A DNA stretch of 64,000 nucleotides from Candidatus Multivoradales bacterium (GCA_965248055.1 CBDFIJ010000004.1:2656001-2720000), one strand, 5' to 3'; positions 21,001-31,195 are shown, counted from the first letter of the stretch. A program made the numbers and translations. Notes: a model not told the origin generated them from the sequence alone.

Positions 21001-21370
21001 CCACCCAAATGGTGGAGAAATTGTGGGGGTCGACCACTACCGTACCGATTGAATAGGAACCCTGACCATCGAACACTGACTCCCAAGTCGTCCCAGCATT
21101 GACCGTCTTCCACACCCCGCCTGAACCAACTCCGACGTACCAGGTGGATTGATCGGTAGGGTCAATGGCGATATCAGCGATGCGCCCAGACATTAGCGCT
21201 GGGCCAATGCCTCTGAGCTCCAGGCCAGCCAGAGCTTCTTCCGTCAGCCAGTATTTGGAGTCCGTTTCTGGGGGTTCTGCTCGGCCTCCAGTTGCAGCTA
21301 CTAGCCCAAGGCAGCAAAAAGCGAGGATTGCGCGCGGTAACTCAAATCTTCGAATCTGGTATCTATACAT
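18038..21370 (-). CDS. Secreted VPS10/BNR-repeat beta-propeller glycosyl hydrolase-like protein
   Basis: Signal peptide, GPALMSGRIADI, many S/T-x-D-G-G-x-T-W Asp-boxes, C-terminal coiled coil. Confidence 0.88.
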   Translation of the reverse strand: MYRYQIRRFELPRAILAFCCLGLVAATGGRAEPPETDSKYWLTEEALAGLELRGIGPALMSGRIADIAIDPTDQSTWYVGVGSGGVWKTVNAGTTWESVFDGQGSYSIGTVVVDPHNFSTIWVGSGENVNGRHVGYGDGVYRSRDGGKTWENLGLKDSQHIGRIIIHPDDPNTIFVASQGPLWSPGGNRGLFKSTDSGVNWDKVLGGGDSTGGQYTGVNDVVMSPSNPDILLATTHEHHRTVAALVNGGPESGIHKSTDGGATWREVTQGLPETDMGRIGLTVSPQDPDVVYATIELAHRKGSFVRSTDFGETWTEMGTQIAGGTGPHYYQEIWASPHKFDRVYYSDYKLLVTEDGGTSFGNIGTDSKHVDNHALAFDPDDPNYLLAGCDGGLYETWDLGKTWRFVSNLPLTQFYKVAVDYDEPFYHVVGGTQDNNTQYGPSATDNIHGIRNSDWSITLFADGHQPAIDPTNPDIIYSEWQEGNLTRIDRPTGEVTYIKPQPAKGAPLERHNWDSPILISAHDPARLYYASQRVWRSDNHGDSWTAVSDDLTRNQNRLELPIGGRTRSFDAVWDLYAMSMYNTITSLGESPHDENLLYAGTDDGLIQVTEDGGANWRKVEAGSLPGLPKTAFVNDIKADLHDVDSVYAVFDDHKGGDFSPYVYKSTDRGISWRSIVSNLPERHVIWRLVQDHVNPQLLFVGTEFGVFTSVDGGGYWLKLTGGAPTIPFRDLVIQRRENDLVGATFGRGFYILDDYSPLRALSAESVEQEATLFPVADADWYLPKNTLDFGNPKASQGDSFFIAPNPPFGAVFTYHLKDGYKSAKDTRLEAEKEMEAGDDMSFPGWEAIDSENRDTEPVVVLTVRNASGSVVRVVDGPAAAGIHRVAWDLREPATTPLPDLATLEDANQNPHSGFLAAPGQYTVYLGIRANGAITDLGQSQSFNVVPLRSNSLSSATPDQVVAFQRQVGQLNGRVEGARSATAELIARIEKIRDTLNLRSASVDLDLLSTTRAIWNQLQDHKKNLENDQRRVQLNEFDITSINDRVTFLVYGVTYSTYGPTPALQETAAIVEKELSTVESALAKIQTEELPALEAKLKAAGVPWTPGRVVR

Positions 21371-21542
21371 GGGTTTTCTCCTGGTCGGCCTCCACGAGCG
21401 GCAGGCTATCAGGAGGAGTAGTGGCTTGTTTGCACCTTTAAGGTTGCTCGGCTCTCAGCTAATCAAAATTGCGAATGTTAGGATCTTGCCAGTCTAGGTG
21501 GATATGTATAGGAGTCGGCGATAGCGGCGAAGGAGACAGAGC

Positions 21543-22628
21543 ATGGCTTTTTTCGATCTGAGTGGTGTCCGGTTTTTTCGAACGGTATTTGTTTGGATCC
21601 TAGTGATCTTGATTGGGGCTGGCTTGGCGACCGCTCAGGAGAAGTGCAAACGCAAGAACAAGCATATGGACCGCGACAGTTGCCCCACTTTTGCCGGGCA
21701 TTGGGAAAATGACACTATCGGCGGCCATACAGATCGTTACTACACCAATGGAATTCAGTGGAGCAAAGAGTTCAAGACCACCGGGGAAATTGAAGATTCT
21801 CCGTTTTGGGCACGGCGGGTTCACGATAAGTTGAAACGAAAAGCGGACGTATCAGGAGGAGAGCTCGACGTCTATCGCGGGATCTTGTTTTCCAGCACGT
21901 TCTACACCCCGGTAGATATCGAAGACCCTGACTTGATTACGACTGACCGACCGTACGCTGGATGGACTCGGGTTTCGTCTCTCTTCAGCGTGCACTCTAC
22001 TAAGGTCCAACATCGGCTCGAAGCCAGCGTAGGAGTAGTGGGGGAACTGGCGCTAGGGGAACGGCAACAGAAGTTTGCTCACAAGCACTTGAGCCCAAGT
22101 TCGCCGACTCCTCTAGGTTGGGACCATCAGCTTGCCAACGAGCCAGCACTTCAGTTTCTCTATACCTTTCGTCGACGTGTTTCGCCAATCAAAGTGCAGC
22201 ATTACTTCGACTTGACCCCCTATCTCACAGCGGCAGCCGGAAACGTGATGGTCTCCGGTGGCGCCGGTTTTACCGCTCGACTTGGCTACAACCTTCCGCT
22301 GGGGTTTGCTACGGTCATTCCGTCGGCGGGTCCAGATTATGGAATCACGGGACGGTTTTCGATCTACCTCTTTGTCGAAAGCGAAGGTCGGGCGGTAGCT
22401 CGATACATGTTTCTCGATGGTAATAGCTTGGCCAACAGCCATAGTGTCGACAAGAAATCTGCAATAGCCGAACTGAAGGCTGGGCTTGCGATGCGTTGTG
22501 GTCGTTGGACGTTCACTTACCAAGAACTTACCCGCTCAGAGGAATTTGACTTGCAAGACGGGCGGCAGAAATGGGGGTCGGTAAGTTTGGCGGTGTCACC
22601 GCGTGGCTCGACACCTTCCTGCTTCTGA
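21543..22628 (+). CDS. Lipid A deacylase LpxR family (DUF2219) outer-membrane protein
   Basis: END...DRYYTNG, YTP, DRPYAGW, Q..H, GWDHQL, FLDGN; signal peptide. Confidence 0.85.
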   Translation: MAFFDLSGVRFFRTVFVWILVILIGAGLATAQEKCKRKNKHMDRDSCPTFAGHWENDTIGGHTDRYYTNGIQWSKEFKTTGEIEDSPFWARRVHDKLKRKADVSGGELDVYRGILFSSTFYTPVDIEDPDLITTDRPYAGWTRVSSLFSVHSTKVQHRLEASVGVVGELALGERQQKFAHKHLSPSSPTPLGWDHQLANEPALQFLYTFRRRVSPIKVQHYFDLTPYLTAAAGNVMVSGGAGFTARLGYNLPLGFATVIPSAGPDYGITGRFSIYLFVESEGRAVARYMFLDGNSLANSHSVDKKSAIAELKAGLAMRCGRWTFTYQELTRSEEFDLQDGRQKWGSVSLAVSPRGSTPSCF

Positions 22629-22638
22629 GGCGACGAGA

Positions 22639-24600
22639 ATGCCGACAGTCCAACAGTACGGAGTTGAGGTTGATCCATTTCAGGCCGAGAACCGACGCGG
22701 CGAATCAGCACACGAGCTACGCTATATATTGATCCAATCCAGCGAACGTTGGCGAGAGGAGCATAGGCGTGAACTCGCTTCGCTCGGACTAGAGTGCCGT
22801 GAGCGGGTTGAACGAGAAGTCTATTTGTGTGCGGGTCGAGAAGTCGATCTCCAAGAGGTTCGGGCGCTTTGGTTTGTTGAAGATGCGGCCGACTACGCGC
22901 ACCGGTATAAGCTCTCCGAGGAGCTGGCAGAGCCTAGGATGGGGCTTCTAGGAGCTGTCGAGAGAGAGGTTCGGATTGATCTGGCTTTGCAGGGTGATAT
23001 CGCCCCCCAAGCATTTGTCGCCAAGCTCAATTCTGGTGCATGGAGAACCGCAAACGTCGAGCTGGGGCGATCCAAAGTGCGTTGCACGGTCAATGTTGAA
23101 GACCTGAAGTCATTGGCGTTGGTAGACGGCGTACGGCGCATCGAGCCGGTTCCGCAGTATGAGTATTGCGCCAATATTGCTTGTGGGGTGATTGGTGCCT
23201 CCGAGGTTCACAGTGCGGCCCAATTGCGCGGCGAGGGTGAGGTGATCGGTATCTGCGATTCGGGACTAGATCAAGGGAAGATAGGGGATGTTCATCCGGC
23301 GTTCGCCGGTCGGGTTGCCAAACTCATACCGCTCGGACGATCGTCGAAGACGAATGACCCGACCGGTCACGGAACTCACGTCGCGGGTCTCGCTGTTGGC
23401 GATAGCCAATCGAATGAGGCTGCTGGATCGATTACCGGTGCTGCGCCTGGTGCAGAGCTGGTGGTTCAATCGGTGTATCACCGATCTGACCCTTTGCTCG
23501 GCATTCCTACTGATCTTCACGATCTTTTCTCGGACGTCTACACAGACCACAAAGTGCGAATTCACAGCAACTCTTGGGTTGAGCGGAAACGGGGGGGATT
23601 CTACTCCTTCCATTCGCGGGAGATCGACGATTTTGTCCACCGGAATCGTGATTTGGTTGTGGTCTGTGCGGCTGGCAATGAAGGCCGACCCGACTCGACG
23701 ACGGGCACTCTGCAAGACCGTACAATTCGTCCGCCTGGAACAGCTAAGAACTGCATATCGGTAGGTGCTAGTGAGAACTTGCGGCCGGCGAAGGACCAAG
23801 CTTGGAAGGACCAGGATGTGTTCCCTGGTCGTTTCGATCAAGACCCAATGATTTCTCTCGATGGTTGGGCCGATGATGCGTCAGAGGTTGCGCCGTTCAG
23901 CGGTCGTGGCCCGACCGATCACGGACGTATCAAGCCCGACCTCGTGGCTCCGGGAACGGTGGTGCTCGGGCCTCGATCTCGTTCCCTTGGTTCGCCGGGG
24001 GCTCATTGGGGCACCTCAATAGACGACCAGTATTTCTACCTCGGAGGCACCAGCATGGCCACACCGCTGGTCGCGGGCTGTGCTGCGGTGACGCGTCAAT
24101 TTCTCCGCCGTGAACTCGGTGGGAGTCCTTCGGCGGCTCTCGTTAAGGCCGTTTTGATCAATTCTGCTGACGACCTGTCTGGTGCCCCCAATTTTTCGGA
24201 GGGCTGGGGGAGAGTTAACTTGGCGCGCGCAGTCCATACCGAGGCTCCCGAGAGAGTACGCTATTTCGATGAAGGCCCTAGTCTTTCGACCGGGGAGGTC
24301 GCTACCTTCGATTTACAGTGTTTCGAAGCTGGCCTTCCGCTGAAGGTGACATTGGTTTGGACAGATCCTCCGGGTGAATTCTTGCAATCGGATCTCGATT
24401 TGGTGGTTGAGCGAGCTCCCGATGATGTGCGGAATGGAAATCAGGTCCCCGGTTCCCGCGAGTTTGATCGGACTAACAATGTTGAGCAAGTAACGTGGGA
24501 GGATTTTCCTAGAGGTTTGTTTAGAGTTCGTGTTCGGGCTTTCGTGACGACACTGACTCCTAGGCAATCTTTTGCCCTAGTGATTCGGGGGGGTATCTAG
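22639..24600 (+). CDS. S8 subtilase (KP-43-like) with C-terminal beta domain
   Basis: Triad ICDSG / GHGTHVAG / GGTSMATP; AAGNEG, IKPDLVAPG, LKVTLVWTD. Confidence 0.9.
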   Translation: MPTVQQYGVEVDPFQAENRRGESAHELRYILIQSSERWREEHRRELASLGLECRERVEREVYLCAGREVDLQEVRALWFVEDAADYAHRYKLSEELAEPRMGLLGAVEREVRIDLALQGDIAPQAFVAKLNSGAWRTANVELGRSKVRCTVNVEDLKSLALVDGVRRIEPVPQYEYCANIACGVIGASEVHSAAQLRGEGEVIGICDSGLDQGKIGDVHPAFAGRVAKLIPLGRSSKTNDPTGHGTHVAGLAVGDSQSNEAAGSITGAAPGAELVVQSVYHRSDPLLGIPTDLHDLFSDVYTDHKVRIHSNSWVERKRGGFYSFHSREIDDFVHRNRDLVVVCAAGNEGRPDSTTGTLQDRTIRPPGTAKNCISVGASENLRPAKDQAWKDQDVFPGRFDQDPMISLDGWADDASEVAPFSGRGPTDHGRIKPDLVAPGTVVLGPRSRSLGSPGAHWGTSIDDQYFYLGGTSMATPLVAGCAAVTRQFLRRELGGSPSAALVKAVLINSADDLSGAPNFSEGWGRVNLARAVHTEAPERVRYFDEGPSLSTGEVATFDLQCFEAGLPLKVTLVWTDPPGEFLQSDLDLVVERAPDDVRNGNQVPGSREFDRTNNVEQVTWEDFPRGLFRVRVRAFVTTLTPRQSFALVIRGGI

Positions 24601-24954
24601 ACCGCGTCCCAGGCATTCACGACCCTAGAGATCTGTTAGTTCGGTCAACACCGCACTGGGCGGATGGGCTCTGTTGAGGAAACTCGAGTTGATGCTGGCG
24701 GTCCTACCCGCAGCTGAATCATGCAGAAGAAGGCTGTCTGCAACAACTTCAAAACAACACCAAGGGCATGCGATTCAGCACTATTGCGTGCACCCACTTT
24801 TTTCTTGCGGATATCGGCGCATGCGACCGATTGAGGCACGGTTGCCATTGGGGCCAGAGTACGGTGACAGGAACTCCCAAACCGTTTCGCCCGATTGGGT
24901 TACCTCGAGGGCTCGACCACGGTGGGACTCGAGACTCACAGTGTTGTCGTAGTG

Positions 24955-26802
24955 TCACAGCCAGGGTTTGTGAATCCGCGGCGAGAAGCTAGGTTGGTAT
25001 TCCAAGGAGTGAGCGGTACTCAGGTTGGGGTTGTAATACGGGTCGTCGTTGAGATCGGCCCATCGCGCCAGTAGATACGCTTTTTCCTTTTGCAGGGTGT
25101 CAGCCCGGGATTTGGAGTTGGGGTTACCGAGAGTTGCCGATTCAGCGTGCATCAACTGAACTTGGGCGTTCCATAGGATTCGGTAGCCCATGGTGCGTAG
25201 CCTCAGGCACAGATCGACGTCGTTGTAGGACACTGCGAGGGATTCGTCGAATCCACCGACCTGCTGAAAGACTTCAGCGCGCATTGCCAGACAAGCCCCG
25301 GTGACTGCCGAGTAGTTTTGGATCAGCTGTGCGCGGCCGAAGTGTCTGCGGGTCTGGTTGCGACGACCATTGAGAATCGGGACAGCGGTTTTCCGTCCAC
25401 CAAGGCGAATCCCAGCGTGTTGAATTCTCCAGGATGGATACAGAAGCTTGGCGCCGACCGCGCCAATTTCAGGCCGGATCGCATGAACTACGAGTTCTCT
25501 CAGCCAATCTTTCTGGATCACGGTGGTGTCATTGTTGAGAAACACCAATAGATCGCCCTTGGCATGCTGAGCCGCCCGGTTACAGATGGCCGAGTAATTG
25601 AACTGCTGGGGATCGCTCAGTACGGTGACACCGGACTGTTTGAGTGACTCCAAGTACTCGAGCGCGCGACTCTCTCTTGAGTCGTTGTCAACCACGATCA
25701 GCTCGACAGCGGAGTAGTCCGTAACGGTCTGTAGACTGCGGATGCACTGTTGCAGGAGCTCCGTCTGATCTCGAGTGGGGATGATGATGCTGACCAGCGG
25801 GATCTGTTCGGGCAGCGGGTAATGTACCCGGTTGTAGAAAGGGATCTCTGCAGGCATTACGCGACCTTTGCTCGGAGTGCGGTCCAAGTAAGACTGCACC
25901 GCCCGTCGGCCAGCATCCGTTGCATAGGGTTTGGCGGCGGAATCGACGGAGGTCGACTTTGCATGACTACGCCAGTGGTAGAGCACAAAAGGAATATGTC
26001 GAATTCGCTCGGCAGAGGTCACTTCACTGACGCGCAGGGCGAGATCCCAATCTTGACTTCCTTCATAGCCGAGGCGAAACCCCCCGAGTGCTTGCACTAG
26101 TTCCGTTCTGTAAACGCCAAGATGGCTAACGCAGTTTTGCGCTAGCAGCAGATCTGGGTTCCAATCGGTTTTGAAGTAGGGAGTATGTCGTCTTCCCGAC
26201 TCATCGAATTTATCTTCGTCGGAGAACAGAAGATCGGCATCCCGGGACCGGTTCAGTTCTTCAACAACCAAGTAGAGCGCGTGGGGTGCGAGTTGGTCGT
26301 CGTGATCGAGCAAGGCGATGAAATCACCGGTCGCACTTTCCAGAGCACTGTTGGATGCGGCACTGATTCCGCCGTTGGCTTTCCGTTCAACCAGCACGAT
26401 GCGCGGGTCTTGATCAGCGAAGCGGCGGAGCAATTCCACCACCTGGGGATTGGTCGAGGCATCGTCAGCGACACTAAGCTGCCAGTTTCCATAGAGTTGC
26501 CCCAGGACCGATTCGATCGACTCCCGCAGCCAAGCGAGTGGAGGATCAAAAACCGTTAGCAGTACGGAGATCTTCGGTTGATAGGAAAAGCCACCGATGT
26601 GGGATCGAATCGCCTGCTGGTCGGCTCTGGACAAGTCGTCAAAGCGAGCGATCCAACCTTGGTATCTCCGGTCAGACGAGGTGCCAATCCCAGCCCGGTC
26701 AACGAGTCCTCCGATGCCCTCAGTTCGCAGGATTCTGCGGCCGCTCTCGAGAGCACGGGCCAAGCGACGGAGCCCGGTGGGTAGAGAACGCAGGGAATAC
26801 AT
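24955..26802 (-). CDS. Two-domain GT2 glycosyltransferase
   Basis: DDAS, LLDHDD, EGSQDWD; second domain VSIIIPTRD, FLNND, AVTGACL, YNDVDLCL. Confidence 0.9.
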   Translation of the reverse strand: MYSLRSLPTGLRRLARALESGRRILRTEGIGGLVDRAGIGTSSDRRYQGWIARFDDLSRADQQAIRSHIGGFSYQPKISVLLTVFDPPLAWLRESIESVLGQLYGNWQLSVADDASTNPQVVELLRRFADQDPRIVLVERKANGGISAASNSALESATGDFIALLDHDDQLAPHALYLVVEELNRSRDADLLFSDEDKFDESGRRHTPYFKTDWNPDLLLAQNCVSHLGVYRTELVQALGGFRLGYEGSQDWDLALRVSEVTSAERIRHIPFVLYHWRSHAKSTSVDSAAKPYATDAGRRAVQSYLDRTPSKGRVMPAEIPFYNRVHYPLPEQIPLVSIIIPTRDQTELLQQCIRSLQTVTDYSAVELIVVDNDSRESRALEYLESLKQSGVTVLSDPQQFNYSAICNRAAQHAKGDLLVFLNNDTTVIQKDWLRELVVHAIRPEIGAVGAKLLYPSWRIQHAGIRLGGRKTAVPILNGRRNQTRRHFGRAQLIQNYSAVTGACLAMRAEVFQQVGGFDESLAVSYNDVDLCLRLRTMGYRILWNAQVQLMHAESATLGNPNSKSRADTLQKEKAYLLARWADLNDDPYYNPNLSTAHSLEYQPSFSPRIHKPWL

Positions 26803-26826
26803 CGATTTGATCGAATTGAACCCCGC

Positions 26827-27888
26827 CTATGCCAACAAGGGCTGCCACCATCCAGGGTTTCCCAGGTACCAGTCGATCGTCTTGTGTAGGCCGCACTCGA
26901 AATTCACTCGTGGCGTATAGGAGAGCTCGGTGCGCGCTCGTTGGGCGTCAATCGCATAGCGTCGATCGTGCCCTGGGCGATCAACCACAGCCTGAATCGC
27001 TTCCTGACATCGCGCGCCGTAACTGGGCCAAGAGTCTGGATATTGCTCTGCCAGCGTCGATCGATCGGCAAATACCTGGTCGAGGTAGGTGCAGATTGCC
27101 TCTAACACTTCGACGTTGGTTCGCTCGCAGTTGCCACCAAAGCAGTAGGTCCTGCCAATTTTCCCGCGGTCCAGGGTCAGTTCTAGGCCCCGGCAATGGT
27201 CGTCGACATAGAGCCAATCGCGGACATTCAAGCCGTCTCCGTAAAGTGGGATTTCTCGCCCCCTGAGCAAGTTTGTGATGCTCAGCGGGATCAGCTTCTC
27301 TGGGTGCTGGTAGGGACCGTAATTGTTGGAGCAGTTGCTGATGGTGGTTTGAAGACCGTAAGTCTCTCCGTAAGCGCGGACCAGATGGTCTGCCGCAGCC
27401 TTGCTGGCCGCATAGGGTGAATTTGGCGCATAACGACTGGTCTCATCAAACGGAGGGTCGGTGGTTGTTAGAGATCCGAAGACTTCATCCGTCGAGACGT
27501 GGTGGAAGCGGTGACCGGGTAATTCACCAGCTTCCAGCCACACTTTTCTTGCTGCCTTTAGGAGCACATGGGTGCCGACGACGTTGACATCGATAAATAT
27601 GTCAGGAGCATCAATCGAGCGATCGACGTGGGACTCGGCGGCGAAATGGACCACCGTGTCGATTTGCTGGGAGGACAAGAGATCTTCAACTAGGTCTTGG
27701 TCCCGAATATCCCCTTCAATAAACTGCAGATTCGATGAATATATGAGCGGCTCTAGGCTCTGGAAATTGCCGGCATAGTTCAATGAATCCAGGACAGTGA
27801 GGAGATCTTCGGGGTGCTGGGACGACCAGTAGCGAACAAAGTTGGCACCGATAAATCCTGCGCCACCGGTGACTAGGAGCCTGCGCAT
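26827..27888 (-). CDS. rfbB: dTDP-glucose 4,6-dehydratase
   Basis: VTGGAGFIG, HFAAESHVDRSI, STDEV, YAASK, DRPGHDRRY. Confidence 0.96.
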   Translation of the reverse strand: MRRLLVTGGAGFIGANFVRYWSSQHPEDLLTVLDSLNYAGNFQSLEPLIYSSNLQFIEGDIRDQDLVEDLLSSQQIDTVVHFAAESHVDRSIDAPDIFIDVNVVGTHVLLKAARKVWLEAGELPGHRFHHVSTDEVFGSLTTTDPPFDETSRYAPNSPYAASKAAADHLVRAYGETYGLQTTISNCSNNYGPYQHPEKLIPLSITNLLRGREIPLYGDGLNVRDWLYVDDHCRGLELTLDRGKIGRTYCFGGNCERTNVEVLEAICTYLDQVFADRSTLAEQYPDSWPSYGARCQEAIQAVVDRPGHDRRYAIDAQRARTELSYTPRVNFECGLHKTIDWYLGNPGWWQPLLA

Positions 27889-27889
27889 T

Positions 27890-28762
27890 TCATCCTCTCG
27901 GTGCCTGGGCGCGCAAAACAGCGCGCAGTGCTTGCCGCCAATGAACTGCATCCATGGTCAGTTCTTTCCGGCTTTCACGGCCATCCAGGATGCTCATTTT
28001 GGGCCGGGTCGCTGGGGTTGGATACTCCTCAGTCGGGATCGGTTCGATGCGGCCGGGTTGTTCCAAGATCTCCATGGCTTCAGCCTCTTCAGAGATCGCC
28101 ATTGCGAAGTCGTACCAACTGGCGATCCCACAGTCAGACCAATGCCGAATTCCGCTTGCATCCGGCTGTTCGACCCACGCCCAAACTGCCTTCGCCAGTC
28201 CCGCCGTAGAGGTTGGGCAGCCGATCTGGTCGTTGACCACCCGTACCGCGCCGTTGGCGGCCAACAGCCTAAGCATGGTGTTAAGGAAATTTGCTCCAGT
28301 CGGACCGTACAACCAGGAGGTCCGGACGATCAGAGCCCGATTCGCAAGGATATCTTGAGCCGCATCTTCTCCCGCTAACTTGCTGCGTCCATAGACGGAG
28401 ATCGGCTTGGGTCGATCTGAGGGACGGTAGGCCCGATTGAGGCTGCCGTCAAAGACAAAGTCGGTCGAAATCTGGATCAAGCGTGCATGGTGTTGGGCCA
28501 CGATTTGAGCCAGATTCTTGACCCCTTCCGCATTCACCGCAAAAGCTTCCTCAGCTTCCGTTTCGGCCAAATCAACTTGGGTATAGGCGGCTGCATTGAC
28601 GATGACGTCAGGTTTTGCGTCGGCACAGAACTTGGCTGTCGATCCTGCGTCAGTGAGATCTAGTTCCTGCCGGGTGGGGGAAAAACAGGGGGTTCCTTTG
28701 GGAGCATGCAGGCGCAACGCTTGTCCCAGTTGCCCGGAACCACCGGTGACGACGACTCGCAT
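27890..28762 (-). CDS. rfbD: dTDP-4-dehydrorhamnose reductase
   Basis: GSGQLG, NAAAYTQVD, STDFVFDG, YGRSK, DQIGCPT. Confidence 0.96.
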   Translation of the reverse strand: MRVVVTGGSGQLGQALRLHAPKGTPCFSPTRQELDLTDAGSTAKFCADAKPDVIVNAAAYTQVDLAETEAEEAFAVNAEGVKNLAQIVAQHHARLIQISTDFVFDGSLNRAYRPSDRPKPISVYGRSKLAGEDAAQDILANRALIVRTSWLYGPTGANFLNTMLRLLAANGAVRVVNDQIGCPTSTAGLAKAVWAWVEQPDASGIRHWSDCGIASWYDFAMAISEEAEAMEILEQPGRIEPIPTEEYPTPATRPKMSILDGRESRKELTMDAVHWRQALRAVLRAQAPRG

Positions 28763-29304
28763 CAGAAGGTCTCCGCTTCGCAGAATCGAACCGCGCCTCG
28801 GTCTTGGTCTGAAAGCAGGGGTTCATTGTTGGCGACTGGCCACTTAATAGCCAAGTCAGAATCATTCCAGAGAATGCTTCTTTGATCCTCTCTGAAGTAC
28901 CTCTCCGTACACTTGTACACCACATCAGCGACTGCTGAAAGGACAAAAAACCCGTGTGCAAACGTGGGAGGTATCCACAACATGTGATGGTTGCTGTCGG
29001 AGAGCTTGAAGCCTTGCCATTGACCGAACGTGGGGGAGTCGCGCTCTAAATCAAGTGCGACATCGAAAATCGAACCGGTGGCGGCGCGAACCAGTTTCCC
29101 TTGTAGGTGGCTAACTTGGTAATGGAGTCCACGCAATACGCCACGTAGTGAGCGCGAATGATTGTCTTGGACAAATTCGTTGTGTAGGTCGAGCTGATCA
29201 GCGAGTTGTGGGTTCCAGGTCTCGGCAAAAAAGCCACGACTATCGCCGTGAACTTTCGGCGTAATGAGCTTGACGCCCCGGAGTTGGGTGGGTTGAACGT
29301 CCAT
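28762..29304 (-). CDS. rfbC: dTDP-4-dehydrorhamnose 3,5-epimerase
   Basis: DSRGFF, QDNHSRS, LRGLHYQ, FAHGF. Confidence 0.96.
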   Translation of the reverse strand: MDVQPTQLRGVKLITPKVHGDSRGFFAETWNPQLADQLDLHNEFVQDNHSRSLRGVLRGLHYQVSHLQGKLVRAATGSIFDVALDLERDSPTFGQWQGFKLSDSNHHMLWIPPTFAHGFFVLSAVADVVYKCTERYFREDQRSILWNDSDLAIKWPVANNEPLLSDQDRGAVRFCEAETF

Positions 29305-29318
29305 GAACGACTCAGTGC

Positions 29319-30218
29319 TTAGGAAGTCGATGCAGCGCTTACCAAGTTTAGGAGGTACTCGCCGTAGCTCGTGTCCGCGTAGCTTTCGGCCGCTCTTTGG
29401 AGCTCGGAGCGATCGATAAACCCCATGGTAAAAGCGACCTCTTCCGGGCAGGCGATCTTCATTCCTTGGCGTGCTTCAATGACTTTGACGAAGTTGGCCG
29501 CATCGAGCAAAGACTCGTGGGTCCCCATATCCAGCCAGGCGGTTCCGCGTGGCAGCAGTTCAACTTTGAGTCGATCTTGTTTGAGATAGGCTCGGTTGAC
29601 ATCGGTGATCTCCAGTTCGCCTCGCGCAGAAGGTAGCACCGAGCGCGCAATCCCGGCTGCGTCTCCGTCATAGAAGTAGAGCCCGGGGATCGCCCAAGGA
29701 GACTTCGGTTTATTAGGTTTTTCGACCAGGGCGAGAGGTTGTCCAGCAGCGTTGAGTTCAACCACGCCATAACGAGATGGGTCGCGAACACGGTAGCCAA
29801 AAATCGTTGCTCCATTGTTATTCAGTGTCGCGGATCGTAGGGTCTTGGACAAGCCCGCAGCGTAGAGAATGTTGTCGCCGAGAATCAGGGCGACCGGTTG
29901 CTGCTGGCAAAACTCCTCTCCAATTAAGAGAGCTTGAGCGATCCCTTGCGGTTCCGGTTGAACTGCGTAGCTGATGTCAAGGCCCCATTGGGAGCCGTCT
30001 TTCAGCAGCGATTGGTAGAGCTGCTGGTCGTGAGGGCCGGTGATCACCAAGATGGAACGAATCCCCGAAAGCATGAGGGTGGTCAGCGGGTAGTAGACCA
30101 TCGGTTTGTCGTAGACCGGTAGCAACTGTTTGCTAATCGTTTCTGTCAGTGGACGCAAGCGAGTCCCCGAACCCCCACTGAGCAGGATGCCGCGGTAATC
30201 GGCGTGCCGATTGTTCAT
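29319..30218 (-). CDS. rfbA: Glucose-1-phosphate thymidylyltransferase
   Basis: GGSGTRL, SKQLLPVYDKP, LGDN, EKP, RGELEITD. Confidence 0.96.
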   Translation of the reverse strand: MNNRHADYRGILLSGGSGTRLRPLTETISKQLLPVYDKPMVYYPLTTLMLSGIRSILVITGPHDQQLYQSLLKDGSQWGLDISYAVQPEPQGIAQALLIGEEFCQQQPVALILGDNILYAAGLSKTLRSATLNNNGATIFGYRVRDPSRYGVVELNAAGQPLALVEKPNKPKSPWAIPGLYFYDGDAAGIARSVLPSARGELEITDVNRAYLKQDRLKVELLPRGTAWLDMGTHESLLDAANFVKVIEARQGMKIACPEEVAFTMGFIDRSELQRAAESYADTSYGEYLLNLVSAASTS

Positions 30219-31195
30219 CAGTAGGCTCCTTTTGCGGTTAGGACTGCGGGCAGTGTCTCCAACAGGATTTTAGTGTCGAGCCAAAACGACCAGCGATCGA
30301 TGTAGGAGAAATCCATGTCGATGCAAGCTTCAAACCCAATGTCACTGCTTCCGGATACCTGCCACAGCCCGGTCATTCCGGAGCGCATCGCAAGCCGCCG
30401 CCGTGTTCGAGGTTCATAGTGCTCGACCTCGGCGGGGATCGGCGGCCGTGGCCCCACCAGACTCATGCTGCCAGTCAACACATTCCAGAGTTGCGGCAGC
30501 TCGTCGATACTGAAGTGTCGTAGAAATCCACCGATCTTGGTCACCCTGGGATCGTGGTGGGCCTTGAAGACCGGTCCATCGACTGAATCTCGAACCGCCA
30601 GATCGATCTTGCGCTGTTGAGAGTCAATCACCATGGTGCGGAACTTGTACAGGGTAAAGGGACGTCCATTGAGGCCCATCCGAGTCTGTCTGAAGAGGAA
30701 TGGTCTTCCCGAGTGAACCAAAATGAGCCCGGCAACGAACAGCAGCGCTGGGCTGAGGACCACCAAGAGCCCAAAGAAACGGGTCGCTGGCCTCTGGGCG
30801 ATTAGCAGTAACGCCCCAGTGACGACCCATATTCCCAGCAACTTCCGGCTTAGCCCGTTGCGAGCGAGGAATACTCGATCGATTCGGGTTATGAATAGCA
30901 AGCCAGAGGCGAGAACAGCGGCGGTCACAGTGGAAAATAGAAGCTCTCCAGCTTCCGACAGAAGTGATCGTCTCCGGTGCGAATTGGTTGATCCGGCTGT
31001 GATCAGCCCGATCAACCAAGGTATGAGCACCAGGGGCAAGAGAAACCAGTAGGCGAAGAGCGGAGCCAGCTCGGAGTTGCTGCCGAAGTGGAACCTAGTA
31101 CGTAGTCGGTAGGTAATTGGGAGAGCTAGCGCGATCGCCACCAGATCCGACATTGCCAGGCCGAAAGCGACCAGTCGCGCCGCTCCTTTGAGCAT
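30218..31195 (-). CDS. Polyprenyl-phosphate sugar phosphotransferase (WcaJ/WbaP-like), apparently internally deleted
   Basis: N-terminal TMs joined directly to the catalytic domain [35 protein letters not shown]. Confidence 0.8.
   Translation of the reverse strand: MLKGAARLVAFGLAMSDLVAIALALPITYRLRTRFHFGSNSELAPLFAYWFLLPLVLIPWLIGLITAGSTNSHRRRSLLSEAGELLFSTVTAAVLASGLLFITRIDRVFLARNGLSRKLLGIWVVTGALLLIAQRPATRFFGLLVVLSPALLFVAGLILVHSGRPFLFRQTRMGLNGRPFTLYKFRTMVIDSQQRKIDLAVRDSVDGPVFKAHHDPRVTKIGGFLRHFSIDELPQLWNVLTGSMSLVGPRPPIPAEVEHYEPRTRRRLAMRSGMTGLWQVSGSSDIGFEACIDMDFSYIDRWSFWLDTKILLETLPAVLTAKGAY

Noticed and set aside
24601-24954. 350-bp gap between convergent genes as a possible ncRNA or small gene
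   Set aside because: No convincing stem, promoter or coding motif found by eye.
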